Shown piece by piece: positions 36,460-43,507 of a DNA stretch of 64,000 nucleotides. Below the pieces are notes generated by a model, which was not told where the DNA came from, made no database searches, and saw only the letters and a list, made by a program, of their open reading frames with translations. Within the stretch, counting starts at the first letter, position 1. Each line of letters begins with the position of its first letter. The stretch covers positions 124,001 to 188,000 of IMG/VR virus record IMGVR_UViG_3300033997_000478; one strand, 5' to 3'. The position numbers and the translations under genes are program-made.

Positions 36460-37140
36460 ATGAACAAGCAGCAAGCCAAGGCTGACGTGCAGAGCATGCA
36501 CGATGAGCTCGGGGACTGGATCTACGGGTGTTCGCCGATCAAAGCGCGCAATCGCGCTGACGATTACAACAGCGATGCCGATGAGATCGAGAAAGCTCAA
36601 CCCAACAGCCCCATTGCCCAAGCACGGGCGATGCGCCTGAGGTCCAAGGCGACCTTGCTGAATCACCTCAGTGCCTGTCTGGAAGTGCTGGGCTGCGAAC
36701 TGGGGGCGCCTCCGATGGAGGAGCTTCCCAAGGGCGTGATCCGCTTCCCCGGCAAGCAGAACGAAACGATCATCTTCCACGAACCGGCTGACGGGGATGT
36801 GGAGGTAGACCAAGAATCCATGGTGTCTTTCACCGATGCTGAAATGAAGGCCGGTCCGCAGCCGCGCTTCAAGATCGGGGATGATGCTTGGATCGTGGAC
36901 CAGAACCCGGATGATCCTGAGGACATCGGCTTTCTGGAGGTAGTGATCGTCGGGGTCGATCACGGTGTGGAGGATGTACATTACCTCATCGGCCATCGCG
37001 GTGATGACGGAATCATCCGCACCAACTACGAATGCGTCTGCGCACACGAGATCCTGGGGGATCCGGATGAGTATGATGACACCCGTCCCAAGCGTCTGAG
37101 CAAGGAACAGGTGCGCGCTCACTTGCGCGTGGTCAAGTGA
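36460..37140 (+). CDS. Hypothetical protein ending in an SspB-type ClpX-binding tail (RAHLRVVK)
   Basis: C-terminal LRVVK-COOH; acidic SH3-like segment PRFKIGDDAWIV. Confidence 0.75.
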   Translation: MNKQQAKADVQSMHDELGDWIYGCSPIKARNRADDYNSDADEIEKAQPNSPIAQARAMRLRSKATLLNHLSACLEVLGCELGAPPMEELPKGVIRFPGKQNETIIFHEPADGDVEVDQESMVSFTDAEMKAGPQPRFKIGDDAWIVDQNPDDPEDIGFLEVVIVGVDHGVEDVHYLIGHRGDDGIIRTNYECVCAHEILGDPDEYDDTRPKRLSKEQVRAHLRVVK

Positions 37141-37147
37141 CATACAG

Positions 37148-37172
37148 GCCCCGCTTCGGCGGGGCTTTTATG
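37148..37172 (+). terminator. Intrinsic terminator
   Basis: gccccgc-TTCG-gcggggc followed by tttt. Confidence 0.8.
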
Positions 37173-37188
37173 TCGCCAATGAAAAATG

Positions 37189-37213
37189 GTTCACCGCTAT
37201 ACTACTCACGTGA
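37189..37213 (+). promoter_or_regulatory. Putative phage early promoter
   Basis: A-tract plus GTTCA-ccgcta-TACTAC-tcacg-TGA. Confidence 0.72.
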
Positions 37214-37235
37214 ACCTCAACCAAGGAAGTCTGCA

Positions 37236-37667
37236 ATGAAAGTCGATGTCGAATACATGCTGGATGAAGACGGCCATCAGCTCACCATCCATTTCCCCGG
37301 CCAGCAGCCATATTACCTGACCTACGACCTCGCCCCTGATGGCACCGTCTGTCAGGTGCATCTGAAAGAGATCAGCTGGGCCAAGCTGGGGATCACCGAC
37401 GACGTCCCCGGTCTGTTGCTCTCCCTGCACGTGCTGTCGCAGTTGCTGGAAGACGAATACGGCCCGACGATGTTTATCATCGACCCGGCCTACTTGAACG
37501 AACACCACTTCCCCAACTTCATCACCTCCCTCTCCAAGGTGGTGGAACAGGTGGGTTCTGACGTGGGGCCGCGTCTGATCGTCAAGGCCGAGGCTATCGC
37601 CAAGTGCTGGCACGATGTCTTCGGCGATGAGCCGGTGATCATCAATTCGGAGAAGGACCCGACATGA
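37236..37667 (+). CDS. Hypothetical protein
   Basis: AAGGA SD; ATG 37236 lies downstream of the promoter. Confidence 0.72.
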   Translation: MKVDVEYMLDEDGHQLTIHFPGQQPYYLTYDLAPDGTVCQVHLKEISWAKLGITDDVPGLLLSLHVLSQLLEDEYGPTMFIIDPAYLNEHHFPNFITSLSKVVEQVGSDVGPRLIVKAEAIAKCWHDVFGDEPVIINSEKDPT

Positions 37668-37824
37668 AGTTCACCACCAGCTGAAGGGCAGGCTCTTCAG
37701 GACCGGCTTCAATATTGCGCGGATCGCGGAATTTGATTACAAGTCCGAAGACGAAGAGTAATCGGCAGCATAAGAGAGGCTCCCTTCGGGGAGCCTCTCA
37801 GGGATCTTGGTTTTTTCTTTTACC

Positions 37825-38073
37825 TTAGTAGCGGCGCGGGCCCTTAGTGGGTTTTGCTGCCAGCTTATCGTAAGGATAATCTTCCAGGAACCTATCCAAC
37901 TTCAACATCGTCTCAAAACTGCCCAGCGTGACACCCGTGCGCTTCTTCTTGAGCCTGAAGGGATGGTCACTGCCTTTTACGATCACTACTTCGATCAGCG
38001 CTTTCTTTTTCTTAAGCATTCGCAGCTGTTCGGTGGCGGTAAGCACAGGAATGCGTTCGACGGTTTCGGACAT
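37825..38073 (-). CDS. Small basic hypothetical protein
   Basis: GGAG SD on the minus strand; converges on hairpin 37768-37799. Confidence 0.6.
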   Translation of the reverse strand: MSETVERIPVLTATEQLRMLKKKKALIEVVIVKGSDHPFRLKKKRTGVTLGSFETMLKLDRFLEDYPYDKLAAKPTKGPRRY

Positions 38074-38184
38074 GGCACGTGGACTCCAGGGGAAAGGGTT
38101 GCGGTTAGTAGATCTTGCCTACACAGGATTACGTAAATTTTCACGCATGGATAACATCCTGTGGTAGAAGCCCGCTTAAGTCCT

Positions 38185-38398
38185 GACTTGCCGTCTTTTA
38201 CCCCTCGTCCCCCTAAGTGGCCTTTTAAGGCCGATCGCCCCTTCCTTGGCGAACCCTCTTACTTGGTGCGGGACGAGTCCTATTCAAATGACTTCTTAAA
38301 TCGTGGAAGATTGCAGCTCTTTTCAGAGCGCGATCATCGGTGCGTCTGGCAAATCCGGCACCGGCTGGCCCACTACCGTTCCAGGGGACGGGGAAGTC
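38185..38398 (+). ncRNA. Candidate structured ncRNA A (about 215 nt), unknown class
   Basis: Ends pair (GACTT.CCGTCTTTT with AGGGGACGG..AAGTC); internal helices such as CTCGTCCC/GGGACGAG; heads the tRNA cluster. Confidence 0.55.
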
Positions 38399-38409
38399 GC
38401 CTTTTCTGC

Positions 38410-38434
38410 GGACATGTAGCTCAGTTGGTTAGAG
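38410..38434 (+). pseudogene. 5' fragment of a tRNA gene (acceptor 5' strand plus D-arm)
   Basis: GGACATG-TA-GCTCAGTTGGTTAGAG; no matching 3' half seen nearby. Confidence 0.65.
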
Positions 38435-38439
38435 AGAAC

Positions 38440-38856
38440 ATGGGTAATAACTACAACCAGTACATGGCAGGCTACATGAATCGGCGCTATAAGAGACGTC
38501 GAGAGTGGGCTGTGGAATTACTGGGCGGGGTGTGTCGGCACTGCGGGAAGCCCGATGACGGGACTCATGAGTTTGACCACATTAACCCTACCGATAAGTT
38601 GGTGCCCATTGCAAGTCTTTGGTCGGCCAACCTCGAGCTCTTCCTGAACGAACTAGAGTGCTGTCAGCTTTTATGTAAAGCGTGCCACATCGTAAAGACT
38701 AGGAAAGATCTAGGTCAAAATGATGCGCGAATTGTCCACGGCACGCTTTCTAGCTATCGGTACTGTCGCTGCGATGCATGTAGACAAGCCAAAAGTGAAT
38801 GGTCGCGTCAGGCCTACATAAAGCGAAAAGAACAACAGCGACAACACTCACTTTGA
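38440..38856 (+). CDS. HNH (homing) endonuclease
   Basis: CRHCG...EFDHINP...CQLLCKACH, then HGT..Y..CRCDAC. Confidence 0.88.
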   Translation: MGNNYNQYMAGYMNRRYKRRREWAVELLGGVCRHCGKPDDGTHEFDHINPTDKLVPIASLWSANLELFLNELECCQLLCKACHIVKTRKDLGQNDARIVHGTLSSYRYCRCDACRQAKSEWSRQAYIKRKEQQRQHSL

Positions 38857-38866
38857 AAGTTTCACT

Positions 38867-38943
38867 AGGGATGTCGTCAAGTGGTCTAAGACACGGTCTT
38901 TTGATGTCCGCACGCGTAGGTTCGAATCCTGCCATCCCTGCCA
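38867..38943 (+). tRNA. tRNA-Gln (TTG)
   Basis: AGGGATG/CATCCCT acceptor, loop TT-TTG-AT, GGTTCGAATCC, encoded CCA; one anticodon-stem mismatch. Confidence 0.88.
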
Positions 38944-38952
38944 CAGTTTCAA

Positions 38953-39028
38953 GGGTCAGTAGCTCAATAAGGATAGAGCAGCGATCTCTGGTCGTTGGTT
39001 GAAGGTTCGAGTCCTTCTTGACCCGCCA
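38953..39028 (+). tRNA. tRNA-Arg-like gene with a 5-nt anticodon loop (atypical)
   Basis: Intact acceptor, D and T arms and CCA; GCGAT-CTCTG-GTCGT; body resembles tRNA-Arg(UCU). Confidence 0.7.
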
Positions 39029-39038
39029 CAGTTACAAA

Positions 39039-39110
39039 GCCCCCATGATGTACTGGAGCATTCCCGTCTCTAAAAGGACGGGTCGTGAGGTTCGAATCCT
39101 CAAAGGGGCA
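39039..39110 (+). tRNA. Atypical tRNA-like gene with CTA (amber) triplet in an enlarged anticodon loop
   Basis: CCCGT-CTCTAAAAGG-ACGGG; T arm TGAGG-TTCGAAT-CCTCA; 5-bp acceptor with two mismatches; no encoded CCA. Confidence 0.6.
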
Positions 39111-39123
39111 CTCACCTTTCAAT

Positions 39124-39199
39124 ACAGCGTTCGTCTAGCGGTCTAGGATCGCGGCCTTTCACGTCGCTAACACGGGTTCGAATCCCGTACGCTGTACCA
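39124..39199 (+). tRNA. tRNA-Glu (TTC)
   Basis: ACAGCGT/ACGCTGT acceptor, loop CT-TTC-AC, CCA. Confidence 0.93.
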
Positions 39200-39214
39200 C
39201 CTTTCGGAGCCTTC

Positions 39215-39409
39215 ATGAAGTATCCAACGATCTACAAGCTGGAGAATCTGGCAGCCCTTGCGGAGGGCAACGTCAGTAGCTCAGTCGACGGTAAGACCTG
39301 GGTTCCCACCCGTCCCATCGGCTACCCCAGTTGGCGTACGCGCCTGAAGGCTGCATGGCTGGTGCTCACCGGTCGTGCTGATGCGGTTGTCTGGCCGCAG
39401 GGTCAGTAA
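39215..39409 (+). CDS. Small phage hypothetical protein
   Basis: GGAG SD; WVPTRP...RLKAAWLVLTGRADAVVWP. Confidence 0.72.
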   Translation: MKYPTIYKLENLAALAEGNVSSSVDGKTWVPTRPIGYPSWRTRLKAAWLVLTGRADAVVWPQGQ

Positions 39410-39415
39410 GTTTTC

Positions 39416-39492
39416 TGTGGATTAGCTCAGTTGGCTAGAGCGTTCCCCTGATAAGGGAAAGGTCGGTGGTTCGAGTCCACTATCCGCAACCA
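39416..39492 (+). tRNA. tRNA-Ile (GAT)
   Basis: TGTGGAT/ATCCGCA acceptor, TTCCC-CTGATAA-GGGAA, CCA. Confidence 0.93.
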
Positions 39493-39497
39493 GTTCT

Positions 39498-39813
39498 GGG
39501 TCTTGGTGTGATCGGCTGAAGCGTCTGATCCGGAGCGCTGGGGGATTCCCCCGCCACGGATCTTATTCCCCGTGACTTACGGTGTAACGGGGTGTATCTG
39601 TGTCCTGCCTTTCCCCGATTGCGAGTCGGGCTCACAGGCGGGCGAACCGTGCGGTCCCTATCGCGGGGGCAAGTTGTAAGACGTTGTATCAACCGGGAGA
39701 CTTGGCTCTTAACGGAGGGCCGAAGGGTCGTTCGCGGCTAGACCTCGGTTGTTGACGTGTGCAGCCTTTAGTTATCCTCTTTGTCGGTGTGCACCTGACT
39801 GGTCGATAACTAA
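39498..39813 (+). ncRNA. Candidate structured ncRNA B (about 320 nt), unknown class
   Basis: Continuous series of GC/GU helices; no + strand ORF; lies between tRNA-Ile and a terminator. Confidence 0.6.
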
Positions 39814-39842
39814 TGGAAGTACATGAGTTGGAAAGGGGTGTA

Positions 39843-39873
39843 GGAGAGGAGGCTGCAGCCTCCTCTCTTATGC
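39843..39873 (+). terminator. Terminator of the RNA cluster
   Basis: gagaggaggc-TGCA-gcctcctctc followed by TTATGC. Confidence 0.72.
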
Positions 39874-39889
39874 TGTCGATCCAAGTTGG

Positions 39890-39914
39890 ATTGAGGGCTA
39901 TACTATCCCCATGA
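39890..39914 (+). promoter_or_regulatory. Putative phage early promoter (variant)
   Basis: ATTGA-gggcta-TACTAT-cccca-TGA, same spacing as the others. Confidence 0.55.
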
Positions 39915-39973
39915 CAGGGTGCATCAAAAAAGACACCCGAGTATCTTCCTATAGACCAAGAGGAAACCCGCCG

Positions 39974-40630
39974 ATGTTCCAGACTCCCAAGGGCATGTCC
40001 AGCTTCCTGCCCCATTATCTCTACGCTCTGGTTTACTGGATCGAGGAGAACAACTTCGACCCGTACCTGATCGTCAACCGCCAAGCGGAAGGTGTGGAGA
40101 TCCCCACGTCCGTTCCAGGCAATGACGACGGCACGATCGCACTGAACCTGGCCAGTCGTACGCGCGATGCGCAGCACTTCTACTTCACCGAGAACCACTT
40201 CGAGTACAAGACCGCCTTCAACGGCAAGCGTACAGTGGTGAAGGTGCCCTACACTGCGATCTACGCCGTGACAGCCCGTGGCTGTACCGAGTGGGAGGGT
40301 GAGAACGTCATCCACTTGTTGAACCTGCGTGATGGAAAGGTACAACAGATGTACGTAGTGATGGGCCCGCACGAAGAAGCCCCCACCTCATCCGAACTGC
40401 ATCGCATCGGCGAAGCGCTGATGGGCAGTCTCAAGTCGCCAGTGGCGGGCGAACAGCTGGCGGAAGAATTCACCAAGCGTCTGGCTGCAGCACCGCAGGA
40501 AACGCATCCGGACGTCGTCCAACCCACCCAATCCCATGAGTCCCACCCGGACGTCGTGGAAAACACCACCTCCACGGCCGAGCCGGCATCCAACGTCGTC
40601 TACGCCGCCTTCGGAAAAAGGAAGCCCTGA
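39974..40630 (+). CDS. sspB: Stringent starvation protein B homologue (ClpXP adaptor)
   Basis: PHYLYALVYWIEENNFDPYLIVN...GVEIP...DGTIALNLA...AFNG...VKVPYTAIYAVTAR aligns by eye with the E. coli SspB core. Confidence 0.85.
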   Translation: MFQTPKGMSSFLPHYLYALVYWIEENNFDPYLIVNRQAEGVEIPTSVPGNDDGTIALNLASRTRDAQHFYFTENHFEYKTAFNGKRTVVKVPYTAIYAVTARGCTEWEGENVIHLLNLRDGKVQQMYVVMGPHEEAPTSSELHRIGEALMGSLKSPVAGEQLAEEFTKRLAAAPQETHPDVVQPTQSHESHPDVVENTTSTAEPASNVVYAAFGKRKP

Positions 40631-41085
40631 TGGAAAGTGTTTTGCGTAAGCAGATGAAAGAGCTCTGCGCCGCCGCCGACCAAGTCACCCATCTGTTCGG
40701 GTGGGCAACGGTTGAAGATGTGGCCGAGTTACGCATGCAGTTGAACCGCATGCAGAACGCCATCGCCGGCATGACCAACGGGCAGGTTCTGGCAGCGATG
40801 CTTCGCGACCCGACTCCGGAAGAACAGGCAGTGAGGTATCTGACCATTGACATGCGTCCGGACGTGAAGCTGTATGATCCGTCAATGATCGTGGTCGAGG
40901 TGAACGACACCCTGCACAACCCGGAAGATGAAGGTTACGAGCCCATCACCAACTTCACCCGTGCCGGCCAAGCGCAGAAAGGTCCTCGGTTCAACCTTGA
41001 CGACGCCAGTACGATCGACGCCCGCTTCACGGCTGCGGCTGCGCCGGACCTGAGCAAGTGCTTCACGATGGTGATCAAGTCGTAA
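40630..41085 (+). CDS. Hypothetical protein
   Basis: TGATG coupling to sspB. Confidence 0.72.
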   Translation: MESVLRKQMKELCAAADQVTHLFGWATVEDVAELRMQLNRMQNAIAGMTNGQVLAAMLRDPTPEEQAVRYLTIDMRPDVKLYDPSMIVVEVNDTLHNPEDEGYEPITNFTRAGQAQKGPRFNLDDASTIDARFTAAAAPDLSKCFTMVIKS

Positions 41086-41089
41086 GACA

Positions 41090-41128
41090 GCATAAGCAGG
41101 GGCTCCGAAGAGCCCCTGCCGTTATGCC
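41090..41128. terminator. Bidirectional terminator
   Basis: GCATAA-gcaggggct-CCGAAG-agcccctgc-cgTTATGC. Confidence 0.75.
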
Positions 41129-41130
41129 GC

Positions 41131-41523
41131 TTAGCGTCCGTGACTAAGTCCAAGCCAGATGTAACATGCGTACGCCACTGCATGTAGAATTCGGATGGTG
41201 ATGATTCGGCGCAGGTACTGCGGTCGTGCCATGTCCAGCAATCCTGAGTAATGGGCGTAGGTGCCCGTGCTCAGATGGATGGCAAAGTCAACCCCGGCGA
41301 ACCTCAGAGCCCAGCTCCAAGCCACGATTTGTCCGAAGAACAGATACGTCAACAAAGAACCGCCAACACAGGTGATCAATGCAGCGAAGTACCAGAGGTC
41401 ACTCCTGAGCATTTGCTTGTACCAATCGGTGTGGGTAAACCGCCTCACAGCCGTGTGCTTGATAGCACAGCTGATGGCCAATAGAAGCGCCACCACACCG
41501 GTAGGGAGTTGGTCGAACAGCAT
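41131..41523 (-). CDS. Membrane protein (DUF3307-like pattern)
   Basis: GGAG SD; TM helices with KH, DFAIH and ILH motifs. Confidence 0.6.
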   Translation of the reverse strand: MLFDQLPTGVVALLLAISCAIKHTAVRRFTHTDWYKQMLRSDLWYFAALITCVGGSLLTYLFFGQIVAWSWALRFAGVDFAIHLSTGTYAHYSGLLDMARPQYLRRIITIRILHAVAYACYIWLGLSHGR

Positions 41524-41611
41524 GACACTCCACCTGTAGACGAGGATCCTTTCCTCATAGGTAAAGCTAAATTTTGATACGAAGCCCCCACCGTATGTCA
41601 GACAGGGAATA

Positions 41612-42082
41612 GTGATGAACGACTTTGAAGAAGCACTGAATCGGGTTGCAGAAATGGGCCCTGAACTCGAAGGTAGGCTCAAAGCGACCATCGATGAAAA
41701 GACCAAAGAGGGTCCGGTCACGGTCTTGGTTGTCGGCAACCACAACGCTCGACTGCTCACTGCGGTGCTGGCACGCATTGGGGCCGAGCGGCAGGTGACG
41801 GTGGAAGTAGAGCCGGAGCCCATGCAGATCGATCGGACCTTGATTGCCGAAAAGATCGGCGACCACCTGAGCAAGCTGGTCCGTGAACTTCGGTACATCG
41901 AAGACCAGACCAGTATCCACGAACTTGAAGTGGTTGAAGCCCAAGAAATCGAACGGGCCAAGCCGCTCAAGACCAAGGTCAAGGGCTTCCAATCCAACCG
42001 CCAGTTCAAACAGCAGAAGCCGGCGTTCAAGAACCAACATCAAATGCGCGCGATGATTCGCCCGCCACGACGGGGTGGCTAA
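41612..42082 (+). CDS. Hypothetical protein
   Basis: ORF track. Confidence 0.7.
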   Translation: MMNDFEEALNRVAEMGPELEGRLKATIDEKTKEGPVTVLVVGNHNARLLTAVLARIGAERQVTVEVEPEPMQIDRTLIAEKIGDHLSKLVRELRYIEDQTSIHELEVVEAQEIERAKPLKTKVKGFQSNRQFKQQKPAFKNQHQMRAMIRPPRRGG

Positions 42083-42100
42083 CCAATGAAAGGAAGTGCC

Positions 42101-42859
42101 ATGGGTCTCAAAGAAGGAACCTACTGGAAGGGTCGACTGAGGGTCTACCGTAACGAATCCAGTTGGGGTGTGACGCTTCACTCTGCCGGTGAAGACTACC
42201 GTCACGACAAGAAGAACCGGCTGGTCGTGGAGGGGTTTGGCTGGTCGTTCTGGCTGAATCTTCCTGATTGGGTCAAGCCGGTCAAGGTCACCAAGAGCTA
42301 CAACGGTAAGAGCTACGTGGTCACCGAAAAGCGGGTTTACGGGATCAGCCTGTTCGATGGCGAGCACCTGACCGTCTCCTACGGCCACAATGACATCAAC
42401 GTCGAGAACCCACAACGCTGGTCGTGTTTCTTACCGTGGACGCAGTTCGCCCACGTCCGCCACAGCGGGTACGATCTCAACCACAAGCACGTATTGGACT
42501 TCGATAAATCTGACTACGATCAGTTGTATGTTCAACGTGCTCTGGTCCCCAGTGCCGAGATCGGCTTCCTCGATTACGACGGCCAGGCCCTGACCGCCAC
42601 CGTACGCATCGAGGAGCGCGAATGGCGCAGGGGTGACAAGTGGGGTTGGCGCTGGTTGCGCTGGTTCAGCAAGCCGATTATCTCCCGCCGGCTGGAAGTG
42701 GAGTACAGCGGTGAGACCGGCCCACGCAAGGGCGAGTGGAAGGGCGGTACGATCGCTGAGTCGATCAACATGCTTCCCAATGAACCATACATGGAAGCCT
42801 TCGCACGTCTGCGCCAGCAGCGTCTGGAGGCGATCAACAAGCAGCGAAGGAGAGACTGA
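42101..42859 (+). CDS. Trp-rich phage hypothetical protein
   Basis: AAGGA SD; GETGPRKGEWKGGT. Confidence 0.72.
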   Translation: MGLKEGTYWKGRLRVYRNESSWGVTLHSAGEDYRHDKKNRLVVEGFGWSFWLNLPDWVKPVKVTKSYNGKSYVVTEKRVYGISLFDGEHLTVSYGHNDINVENPQRWSCFLPWTQFAHVRHSGYDLNHKHVLDFDKSDYDQLYVQRALVPSAEIGFLDYDGQALTATVRIEEREWRRGDKWGWRWLRWFSKPIISRRLEVEYSGETGPRKGEWKGGTIAESINMLPNEPYMEAFARLRQQRLEAINKQRRRD

Positions 42860-43470
42860 TGAGTCACGGTCGTGACGATGACCCGCCGAAGGGTCCGCAA
42901 GTTCTGTTGCTGATCCCTGGAAAGAAGGGTAAGCCGGATACCATTTACAAGCGCCGGCGCGATGAAGATAGCAAAGAAGTGCTGGCCATGAATTTGGTCG
43001 AACCCCGTTTTATCGGTGAGTTCCAGGTGGTCTCCTTGCTGCCCCGTTGGAATTTCGATTTCAGCTCCAACATGGACAGCTACACCGGCAAGCAGGTTCG
43101 AGGCCTGTATTCCTCACCTGCCAATGCTGGGTTCCAGAAGATTGTCGACAAGAACCACTTCACCGAAGAAACCATCTCCAAGCTGGCCAAGCTGGCCGAG
43201 TTGATTGGCGAGGACTGTAAGTACAGCGCCCTGGCTGGCTGTAGCGATGGCCGGATCCGGTTGTTCGAGTTCAAGTTCGACAGCGATGGTGCATTTGATC
43301 GCACGGTGCTGACCTTCGACGAGCCGGTGGTGTTCTTCGCCAATCACTTCTACCGCACCAAGACCCAACTGGTCAAGACGCTGCAGGATCGTGTCCACAA
43401 GCAGGTAACCGACCTGCAGCGGTATTTTGATCCCGAGTTCGACCAGATGAACTTCGCCGGGTTCCAGTAA
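42859..43470 (+). CDS. Hypothetical protein
   Basis: TGATG coupling. Confidence 0.72.
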   Translation: MSHGRDDDPPKGPQVLLLIPGKKGKPDTIYKRRRDEDSKEVLAMNLVEPRFIGEFQVVSLLPRWNFDFSSNMDSYTGKQVRGLYSSPANAGFQKIVDKNHFTEETISKLAKLAELIGEDCKYSALAGCSDGRIRLFEFKFDSDGAFDRTVLTFDEPVVFFANHFYRTKTQLVKTLQDRVHKQVTDLQRYFDPEFDQMNFAGFQ

Positions 43471-43507
43471 CCCGACCTCCTTTCCACCCGCAACCAACAA
43501 GACAAGC

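Noticed and set aside
38161-38439. 93-aa N-terminal extension of the HNH ORF
   Set aside because: It overlaps a structured RNA candidate and a tRNA fragment; ATG 38440 gives a typical HNH protein.
39493-39840. tmRNA next to sspB
   Set aside because: No Ala-type acceptor with T arm and CCA, and no tag frame ending in AA-stop was found.
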